Shown here in pieces: positions 56,497-64,000 of a DNA stretch of 64,000 nt (position 1 is the stretch's first letter; each line of letters begins with the position of its first letter). The stretch lies in the NCBI GenBank assembly GCA_005880985.1, contig VBIQ01000008.1, positions 64,003-128,002 on the forward strand. Reading direction: 5' to 3'. The translations under genes and the position numbers were made by a program. Under the pieces are notes generated by a model. It ran no database searches and was not told the DNA's origin. It saw nothing but the letters and a program-made list of their open reading frames with translations. This DNA comes from Chloroflexota bacterium (lineage in GTDB: Bacteria; Chloroflexota; Dormibacteria; Aeolococcales; Aeolococcaceae).

Positions 56497-56611
56497 CGTT
56501 ACCGACGAGTTGGTGGAGTTTGGCTTCTGAGGTAGTACATTCCCCCCGTTGACCGTCCGGCGGCCGCTGGGGGGAGCGCCGCCGACACTGGGCGCCGCCC
56601 ACGAGGGGACC

Positions 56612-59600
56612 ATGCCGACTGCTACGTCGCCGCCAGACACCTTGGACGCCCGGGTACTCCTGGGCGTCCTCACCAAGCTCAAGAAGGGCGACTTCACCGC
56701 CCGCATGCCGGAGGACTGGACCGGCATCGCGGGCAAGGTCGCCGACACCCTCAACGAAGTCATCGAGACCAACCAGCGCCTCGGCCGAGAGCTCGATCGG
56801 GTGGGGCGGACGGTCGGCAAGCAGGGCAAGACCTCGCAGCGGCTCAACCTCGGTGAGGTGGGCGGCGGATGGGCCACCGCCGTCGACACGGTCAACGAGC
56901 TGATCGAGGACCTGGTCCGGCCCACCAGCGACATGGCCCGGGTCATCGGCGCGGTCGCCAACGGCGACCTCAGCCAGACCATCCCACTCGAGGTCGACGG
57001 GCGGCCGCTCGAGGGACAGTTCCTGCGCACCGCGAAGACGGTCAACACCATGGTGTCGCAGCTGGACTCCTTCGCGGCCGAGGTCACCCGGGTGGCGGGC
57101 GAGGTGGGCACCGAGGGGAAGCTGGGTGGCCAGGCGCGCGTCCGCGGCGTCGGCGGCGTCTGGAAGGACCTGACCGACAACGTCAACTCGATGGCCGGCA
57201 ACCTCACCGCCCAGGTGCGCAACATCGCCGAGGTCACCACCGCGGTGGCGCGAGGCGATCTCTCCAAGAAGATCACCGTCGACGTGCGCGGTGAGATCCT
57301 CGAGCTGAAGAACACCATCAACGTGATGGTCGACCAGCTCAACGGCTTCGCCTCGGAGGTCACCCGCGTGGCCCGCGAGGTCGGCAGCGAAGGCAAGCTC
57401 GGCGGCCAGGCCAAGGTCGAGGGCGTGGGCGGCGTCTGGAAGGACCTGACCGACAACGTCAACATGATGGCCGGCAACCTGACCGGACAGGTGCGCAACA
57501 TCGCCGAGGTCACCACCGCGGTGGCCAACGGCGACCTCTCCAAGAAGATCACCGTCGACGTGCGTGGTGAGATCCTCGAGCTGAAGAACACCGTCAACGT
57601 CATGGTCGACCAGCTCAACGCCTTCGCCTCCGAGGTCACCCGCGTCGCCCGCGAGGTCGGCAGCGAGGGCAAGCTGGGCGGCCAGGCGGACGTCCGTGGC
57701 GTTGCCGGCGTCTGGAAGGACCTGACCGACAACGTCAACATGATGGCCGGCAACCTGACCGGCCAGGTGCGCAACATCGCCGAGGTCACCACCGCGGTGG
57801 CCAACGGCGACCTCTCCAAGAAGATCACCGTCGACGTGCGTGGTGAGATCCTCGAGCTCAAGGACACCATCAACGTGATGGTCGACCAGCTCAACGACTT
57901 CGCCTCCGAGGTCACCCGCGTGGCCCGCGAGGTCGGCAGCGAGGGCAAGCTGGGCGGACAGGCGGAGGTGCGCGGCGTCGGCGGCGTCTGGAAGGACCTC
58001 ACCGACAACGTCAACTTCATGGCGTCCAACCTCACCGGCCAGGTGCGCAACATCGCCGATGTGACCACCGCGGTGGCCAACGGCGACCTGTCCAAGAAGA
58101 TCACCGTCGACGTGCGCGGCGAGATCCTCGAGCTGAAGAACACCATCAACACCATGCTCGACCAGCTCAACGCCTTCGCCTCCGAGGTCACCCGCGTCGC
58201 CCGCGAGGTCGGCAGCGAGGGCAAGCTGGGCGGACAGGCGGAAGTCCGCGGCGTCGGCGGCGTCTGGAAGGACCTCACCGACAACGTCAACTTCATGGCG
58301 TCCAACCTCACCGGCCAGGTGCGCAACATCGCCGAGGTCACCACCGCGGTGGCCAACGGCGACCTCTCCAAGAAGATCACCGTCGACGTGCGTGGCGAGA
58401 TCCTCGAGCTCAAGGACACCATCAACGTGATGGTCGACCAGCTCAACGACTTCGCCTCGGAGGTCACCCGCGTGGCCCGCGAGGTCGGCAGCGAGGGCAA
58501 CCTGGGCGGACAGGCGGAGGTCCGCGGCGTCGGCGGCGTCTGGAAGGACCTCACCGACAACGTCAACTTCATGGCGTCCAACCTCACCGGCCAGGTGCGC
58601 AACATCGCCGACGTGACCACCGCGGTGGCCAACGGCGACCTCTCCAAGAAGATCACCGTCGACGTGCGCGGTGAGATCCTCGAGCTCAAGAACACCATCA
58701 ACGTGATGGTCGATCAACTCAACGCCTTCGCCTCCGAGGTCACCCGCGTCGCCCGCGAGGTCGGCACCGACGGCAAGCTGGGCGGCCAGGCCCAGGTGCG
58801 CGGCGTCGGCGGCGTCTGGAAGGACCTGACCGACAACGTCAACTTCATGGCATCGAACCTGACGGGCCAGGTGCGCAACATCGCCGAGGTGACCACCGCG
58901 GTGGCCAACGGCGACCTGTCCAAGAAGATCACCGTCGATGTGCGCGGTGAGCTGCTGGAGCTCAAGAACACCATCAACGTGATGGTCGATCAGCTCAACA
59001 ACTTCGCCTCGGAGGTGACCCGCGTCGCCCGCGAGGTCGGCAGCGACGGCAAGCTGGGCGGCCAGGCCCAGGTGCGCGGCGTGGCCGGCGTCTGGAAGGA
59101 CCTGACCGACAACGTCAACATGATGGCCGGCAACCTCACCGACCAGGTGCGAGGCATCGCCCGGGTCGTGACCGCGGTGGCCGACGGCGATCTGAAGCGC
59201 AAGCTCATCGTCGAGGCCAAGGGCGAGGTCGCCGCGCTCGCCGACACCATCAACAACATGACCGACACCCTGGCCACCTTCGCCGATCAGGTGACCACGG
59301 TGGCCCGCGAGGTCGGTGTTGAAGGCAAGCTGGGCGGTCAGGCGAACGTGCCCGGCGCCGCCGGCACCTGGCGCGACCTCACCGACAACGTCAACCAGCT
59401 GGCGGCCAATCTCACCACCCAGGTGCGGGCGATCGCCGACGTCGCCATCGCCGTCACCGAAGGCGACCTCACCCGGTCGATCGCGGTCGTGGCGAGCGGC
59501 GAGGTCGCCGTCCTCAAGGACAACGTCAACGCGATGATCCGCAACCTGCGTGAAACCACGCAGCGCAACACCGAGCAGGACTGGTTGAAGACCAACCTGG

Positions 59601-62320
59601 CTCGCTTCACCCGCATGCTCCAGGGCCAGCGCGACCTGCTGACGGTTTCGCGCCTCATCCTCTCCGAGCTGGCCCCCCTGGTCGGCGCCCAGCACGGCGT
59701 CTTCTACACCATCGACGGCCAGAACGGGAGCGCGAGTCTTCGCTTCATGGCCGGCTACGGGTACAAGGAGCGCAAGCACCTCGCCAACGAGTTCAGACTG
59801 GGCGAGGGCCTGATCGGCCAGTGTGCGCTCGAGAAGGAGCGCATCCTGCTCACCAACGTCCCCGACGACTACATCAGAATCAGTTCCGGGCTCGGCGAGG
59901 CCAAGCCCCTCAACATCGTCACCCTTCCCGTCGTCTTCGAGGGTTCGGTGCGTGCGGTGGTGGAGCTGGCCTCGTTCGAGCGTTTCAGCGTGGCCCATCT
60001 CGACTTCCTCGACCAGCTGACCGAGAGCATCGGCATCGTCATCAATACCATCGAGGCGACGATGCGCACCGAGTCGCTGCTCGAGCAGTCGCAGCGGCTC
60101 GCCCAGGAGCTGCAGAGCCAGCAGGACGAGCTGCAGCAGACCAATGACGAGCTCGCCGAGAAGGCGCGGCTGCTGGCGGAGCAGAACGCCGAGGTCGAGC
60201 GCAAGAACGCCGAGGTCGAGGCCGCCAAGCTTTCACTGGAGGAGAAGGCCGCCCAGCTGGCGCTCACCTCCAAGTACAAGTCCGAGTTCCTGGCCAACAT
60301 GTCGCACGAGCTACGGACGCCGCTGAACAGCCTGCTCATCCTGGCCGAGCAACTCGCCCAGAACCCGCAGGAGAACCTGTCGCCCGAGCAGGTGGAGTAC
60401 GCGACCATCATCCGCTCGTCGGGCAACGACCTGCTCAACCTGATCAATGACATCCTCGACCTGTCCAAGATCGAGTCGGGCACGGTGGCGCTCGACGTCA
60501 CCCGGGAACGCTTCACCGACCTGCGTGACTTCTGCGAGCGCGCCTTCCGTCATGTCGCCGAGGCTCAGGCACTCGACTTCGCCGTCGAGGTCGATGCGCG
60601 GCTACCCGAGGCCATCCTCACCGATCCCAAGCGCTTGCAGCAGATCCTCCGCAACCTGCTCTCCAACGCCTTCAAGTTCACCGAGAAGGGATCGGTGAAG
60701 ACACGCTTCCGCCTGGCGGACGGTGGCTGGAGCCCCGACGAGACCGTGCTCACCCGAGCGGGGCAGGTGGTGGCGGTCGACGTGGTCGACACCGGCATCG
60801 GCATTCCCAAGGATCGCCAGCGCCACATCTTCGAGGCGTTCCAGCAGGCGGATGGCACCACCAGCCGCCGCTATGGCGGCACCGGACTAGGACTGTCCAT
60901 CAGCCGCGAGCTGGCGCGGTTGCTCGAGGGCGAGATCATCGTCGACAGCGAACCGGGCCGGGGAAGCACCTTCACGGTCTATCTCCCCATCAGCCGGATG
61001 GTGTCGATCACCGGTCCCGTCCCCCACACCATCGAGAGCACCGTGCCGGCGCCGGTGGTCGAGGCTCTCACCGACGGTGACGGCGCCGCCGCGACCCGTC
61101 CGGGAATCGTGGCGATACGCGATGACCGCTACGCGATCGAACCGGGCGATCGGGTGGTGCTGATCGTCGAGGACGACGCCAACTTCGCCCGGGTGCTAGC
61201 CGACCTCGCTCACGAACGCGGTTTGCGAGCGGTGGTGGCGACTCACGGAGGTGAGGCGCTCCAGCTCGCCAAGGAGTTCGGCGCCGACGCCATCACCCTG
61301 GACCTGCTGCTCCAGGACGTCAGCGGCTGGACGGTGCTCGACCAGCTCCAGCACGATCCCGTCACCAAGCACATTCCCGTCCACATCGTCAGCGTCCAGG
61401 ACGAGGGCGACCGGGGGGTGGTCGAGGGCGCCTCGACGGTGCTCACCAAGCCCGCCCACCGCGACGAGCTGCAGGCTCTCTTCGCCCGCATCGAGGAGGC
61501 CATCGAGAAGCGCGTCAAGCACCTGCTTGTGATCGAGGACGATTCCGTGCAGCGGCAGACCATCGTCGACCTGCTGTACAACGGCCACACCACCGTCCGT
61601 GGTGCCGGCAGCGGTGAGAACGCCTTGCAGGCGATGCGCGAGCAGCACTTCGACTGCGTGGTCCTCGATCTCGGTCTTCCCGACACCAACGGCTTCGACC
61701 TGCTCGAGAAGATGAAGGGGGAGCCGAGCCTGCGCAGTGTGCCGGTGGTCGTCTACACGGCGGGCGATCTCGCTCGCAAGGACGAGACGCGCCTGCGCCG
61801 CCTGGCCCGCAGCATCGTGCTGAAGGAGGTCCGATCTCCGGAGCGGCTGCTCGAGGAGGTGAACCGGCTGCTGCAGCGGGTCGCGGTCCCGGTTCCGGTG
61901 GGAGCCGACGGCGGCGAGCCTGAGGAGGCGGGCACCGATGCCAAGCTGGCCGGCAGGAAGGTGCTCATCGTCGATGACGACGTGCGCAACATCTTTGCCC
62001 TCACCGCTGCCCTGGAGCGTCACGGGCTCGAGGTGGTGGCGGCGGAGAGTGGGCGCGATGCCGTCGAGCTGATCCGCTCGGACCGGACCATCGACATCGC
62101 CCTGATCGACGTGATGATGCCGGAATTCGACGGCTACGAGACGATGCGCGCCGTGCGAGAGGTCACGGACCTCAAGGACTTCCCGATGCTGGCGGTCACC
62201 GCCAAGGCGATGAAGGGTGACCGTGACAAGTGCCTGGAGGCCGGTGCCAACGACTACATCCCCAAACCAGTCGACACCAGCACCCTGCTCTCGATGCTGC
62301 GGGTATGGCTGCGTCGCTGA
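56612..62320 (+). CDS. Cytoplasmic poly-HAMP hybrid histidine kinase (HAMP repeats-GAF-HisKA-HATPase-3xREC); OsaA / fungal group III-like
   Basis: 92-aa HAMP repeats, [41 protein letters not shown], three receivers (VEDD/LDLL, IEDD/LDLGL, VDDD/IDVMMP); no TM helix seen. Confidence 0.95.
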   Translation: MPTATSPPDTLDARVLLGVLTKLKKGDFTARMPEDWTGIAGKVADTLNEVIETNQRLGRELDRVGRTVGKQGKTSQRLNLGEVGGGWATAVDTVNELIEDLVRPTSDMARVIGAVANGDLSQTIPLEVDGRPLEGQFLRTAKTVNTMVSQLDSFAAEVTRVAGEVGTEGKLGGQARVRGVGGVWKDLTDNVNSMAGNLTAQVRNIAEVTTAVARGDLSKKITVDVRGEILELKNTINVMVDQLNGFASEVTRVAREVGSEGKLGGQAKVEGVGGVWKDLTDNVNMMAGNLTGQVRNIAEVTTAVANGDLSKKITVDVRGEILELKNTVNVMVDQLNAFASEVTRVAREVGSEGKLGGQADVRGVAGVWKDLTDNVNMMAGNLTGQVRNIAEVTTAVANGDLSKKITVDVRGEILELKDTINVMVDQLNDFASEVTRVAREVGSEGKLGGQAEVRGVGGVWKDLTDNVNFMASNLTGQVRNIADVTTAVANGDLSKKITVDVRGEILELKNTINTMLDQLNAFASEVTRVAREVGSEGKLGGQAEVRGVGGVWKDLTDNVNFMASNLTGQVRNIAEVTTAVANGDLSKKITVDVRGEILELKDTINVMVDQLNDFASEVTRVAREVGSEGNLGGQAEVRGVGGVWKDLTDNVNFMASNLTGQVRNIADVTTAVANGDLSKKITVDVRGEILELKNTINVMVDQLNAFASEVTRVAREVGTDGKLGGQAQVRGVGGVWKDLTDNVNFMASNLTGQVRNIAEVTTAVANGDLSKKITVDVRGELLELKNTINVMVDQLNNFASEVTRVAREVGSDGKLGGQAQVRGVAGVWKDLTDNVNMMAGNLTDQVRGIARVVTAVADGDLKRKLIVEAKGEVAALADTINNMTDTLATFADQVTTVAREVGVEGKLGGQANVPGAAGTWRDLTDNVNQLAANLTTQVRAIADVAIAVTEGDLTRSIAVVASGEVAVLKDNVNAMIRNLRETTQRNTEQDWLKTNLARFTRMLQGQRDLLTVSRLILSELAPLVGAQHGVFYTIDGQNGSASLRFMAGYGYKERKHLANEFRLGEGLIGQCALEKERILLTNVPDDYIRISSGLGEAKPLNIVTLPVVFEGSVRAVVELASFERFSVAHLDFLDQLTESIGIVINTIEATMRTESLLEQSQRLAQELQSQQDELQQTNDELAEKARLLAEQNAEVERKNAEVEAAKLSLEEKAAQLALTSKYKSEFLANMSHELRTPLNSLLILAEQLAQNPQENLSPEQVEYATIIRSSGNDLLNLINDILDLSKIESGTVALDVTRERFTDLRDFCERAFRHVAEAQALDFAVEVDARLPEAILTDPKRLQQILRNLLSNAFKFTEKGSVKTRFRLADGGWSPDETVLTRAGQVVAVDVVDTGIGIPKDRQRHIFEAFQQADGTTSRRYGGTGLGLSISRELARLLEGEIIVDSEPGRGSTFTVYLPISRMVSITGPVPHTIESTVPAPVVEALTDGDGAAATRPGIVAIRDDRYAIEPGDRVVLIVEDDANFARVLADLAHERGLRAVVATHGGEALQLAKEFGADAITLDLLLQDVSGWTVLDQLQHDPVTKHIPVHIVSVQDEGDRGVVEGASTVLTKPAHRDELQALFARIEEAIEKRVKHLLVIEDDSVQRQTIVDLLYNGHTTVRGAGSGENALQAMREQHFDCVVLDLGLPDTNGFDLLEKMKGEPSLRSVPVVVYTAGDLARKDETRLRRLARSIVLKEVRSPERLLEEVNRLLQRVAVPVPVGADGGEPEEAGTDAKLAGRKVLIVDDDVRNIFALTAALERHGLEVVAAESGRDAVELIRSDRTIDIALIDVMMPEFDGYETMRAVREVTDLKDFPMLAVTAKAMKGDRDKCLEAGANDYIPKPVDTSTLLSMLRVWLRR
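57037..59520 (+). repeat. Tandem 276-bp HAMP-coding repeats (9 copies)
   Basis: Trp codon of W[KR]DLTDNVN at 57161, 57437, 57713, 57989, 58265, 58541, 58817, 59093 and 59369, an exact 276-bp period. Confidence 0.95.
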
Positions 62321-63174
62321 CCGCGGGGGCCGCGAGCGCGGCGCCGCCGCAGACGGCGGAGACGCTCCTCGAGCTGGAGACCGACCTGCTCTTCGAGGGC
62401 ATCCGCCGGCGCTACGGCTACGACTTTGGCGCCTACTCCCGCGAGTCGTTGCAGCGGCGGTTGCAGGCGAGGATGAAGGCGGAAGGAGTGCTCACCCTCT
62501 CGGCGCTGCAAGAGGCGGTGCTCCACGACAGCGCCTGCATGCACCGCCTGCTGCGCGCCATCTCGGTGCCCGCGACGGCGCTCTTCCGCGATCCCGGGCT
62601 CTTCGCGAGCATCCGGGAGGACGTGATCCCGCTGCTGCGGACGTGGCCCTGGTTGCGTATCTGGCATGCCGGCTGCGCCAGCGGCGAGGAGCCCTACTCG
62701 ATGGCCATCCTGCTGGCCGAGGAAGGGCTGCTGGCGCGGACATCGATCTATGCCACCGATGTCAATGACGAGCTGCTGACCCGGGCAGCGTCGGGCAGGC
62801 TGACGGCGAGCAAGCTGGCCGCTTCGCGGCAGGCGCATCACGACGCCGGCGGCGCGCGCCCGCTCGACGAGCACCTGATCGTCGACGGCACCGGCGCACG
62901 ACTGAGACCGGAATTGCTGGAGCGCATCACCTGGGCCCAGCACGACCTGGTGAGCGACACCGGCTTCAACGATTTCCACCTGATCATCTGCGCCAACGTG
63001 CTGATCTACTTCACCCCGCCCTTCCGCGAGCGGATCCACCGGCTGCTCTATGAGAGCCTGGTGCCGTTCGGGTTTCTCGGCCTCGGTGAGCGCGAGTTGA
63101 TCGCCGCGCACCCGCCGACACCGCGGTACCGCCCGGTGCCGCAGGCCAACCGGCTGTACAAGAAGGTGGCCTGA
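62305..63174 (+). CDS. cheR: CheR-type protein-glutamate O-methyltransferase
   Basis: [46 protein letters not shown]. Confidence 0.92.
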   Translation: MAASLTAGAASAAPPQTAETLLELETDLLFEGIRRRYGYDFGAYSRESLQRRLQARMKAEGVLTLSALQEAVLHDSACMHRLLRAISVPATALFRDPGLFASIREDVIPLLRTWPWLRIWHAGCASGEEPYSMAILLAEEGLLARTSIYATDVNDELLTRAASGRLTASKLAASRQAHHDAGGARPLDEHLIVDGTGARLRPELLERITWAQHDLVSDTGFNDFHLIICANVLIYFTPPFRERIHRLLYESLVPFGFLGLGERELIAAHPPTPRYRPVPQANRLYKKVA

Positions 63175-64000
63175 TGCCTCGCGACGCCCGCGCCAGCATC
63201 CTGGTGGTGGACGACAATCCCAACAAGCTGTTTGCCCTGGAGACGGTGCTGGCCCCGCTCGGCCAGCGGGTGGTGCGTGCCTCGTCAGGGCGCGAAGCGC
63301 TGCGTCGCCTGCTCCACGAGGACTACGCCGTCGTCCTGCTCGACGTGCGGATGACGGAGATGGATGGTTTCGAGACCGCCGAGCTGATCCGCCAGCGGCA
63401 GCGTTCGGAGCGCACCCCGATCATCTTCGTCACCGCCTTCGCCCAGGCGGAGGCCGATATGGCTCGTGGCTACTCGCTGGGCGCGGTGGACTTCGTCTTC
63501 TCTCCGATCGTGCCCGAGGTGCTCCGCAACAAGGTCTCGGTCTTCGTCGACCTGCACAAGAAGTCCGAGGAGGTCAGGCGGCAGAGCGATCGTCTGCGAC
63601 GCCTCGAGGAGCTGGAGCATCAGCGCCGCCTGGAGCGGGCGGAGAGCGGTCGCCGCCAGGCGGAAGCCCGCTTCGCCACCATGCTGGACATCGCCGGTGA
63701 CGCCATCATCGCGGTCGAGGACGACTGGCGGATCGTCCTCTTCAACAAGGCGGCAGAGCGCACCTTCGGGCAGAGTGCGGAGGCCACCATCGGCCATCGG
63801 CTCGACGAGCTGATCGTGCACGGCTTGGAGGGGATGCTGCCGGTCGGGGTCGAGCATCCCGTCAACGGCGTCCGTCACGAGGTGCGGGGCCGGCGGCCCG
63901 ACGGGAGCGAATTCCCCGCCGAGGTCAGCGTGGCACGCACCGACGCCGGCGACAGGGCCGTGTTCACCGTGATCCTGCGCGACATCACCGAGCGTCGCGA
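63174..64000 (+). CDS. Receiver + PAS protein, probably a hybrid sensor (3'-truncated; absent from the ORF track)
   Basis: ATG 63174 overlaps the cheR stop; [11 protein letters not shown]...[13 protein letters not shown]...PIIFVTA...GAVDF, coiled coil, PAS DAII...[10 protein letters not shown]...[12 protein letters not shown]...RDITER. Confidence 0.9.
   Translation, partial: MPRDARASILVVDDNPNKLFALETVLAPLGQRVVRASSGREALRRLLHEDYAVVLLDVRMTEMDGFETAELIRQRQRSERTPIIFVTAFAQAEADMARGYSLGAVDFVFSPIVPEVLRNKVSVFVDLHKKSEEVRRQSDRLRRLEELEHQRRLERAESGRRQAEARFATMLDIAGDAIIAVEDDWRIVLFNKAAERTFGQSAEATIGHRLDELIVHGLEGMLPVGVEHPVNGVRHEVRGRRPDGSEFPAEVSVARTDAGDRAVFTVILRDITERR

Noticed and set aside
57037..59520. CRISPR-like or mobile repeat array
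   Set aside because: Repeats are contiguous, in frame and protein-coding, with no spacers or cas genes.
56470..59998. Very long antisense ORFs (1170 aa and 743 aa) with repeats
   Set aside because: Shadow frames of the GC-biased HAMP repeat kinase; no independent motifs.

Overview
Very GC-rich bacterial chromosomal segment with about 50 densely packed genes. Gene content and a Gram-positive-type LexA box suggest a monoderm soil lineage such as Ca. Dormibacterota, Chloroflexota or Actinomycetota (inference only). Metabolism: aceE, a pentose-phosphate operon (tkt, fused tal-pgi, gnd, zwf, opcA, pgl) plus rpe, a kynurenine operon, SSADH, a heteromeric acyl-CoA dehydrogenase pair, and a selenocysteine formate dehydrogenase that the ORF track splits at an in-frame UGA (SECIS visible). 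Other features: tRNA-Arg(ACG), LigC-type ligase, an SOS-controlled radical SAM gene, a GGDEF-EAL protein, a STAND-LuxR regulator and a poly-HAMP hybrid kinase/CheR/receiver-PAS operon that runs off the right edge. Best candidates for undescribed biology: (1) a membrane-spanning HD-GYP phosphodiesterase with extracellular tandem PKD-like domains, transcribed divergently from an orphan TadE-TadE-TadG cassette (possible contact-sensing c-di-GMP module); (2) a convergent pair of small paralogous helical proteins sharing W-x3-Y...RARL[DE]YW; (3) an SCO-TlpA fusion; (4) an HGGxW hydrolase in the kynB position. I saw no integrase, transposase, prophage or CRISPR array. All calls come from reading motifs by eye; no searches were run.
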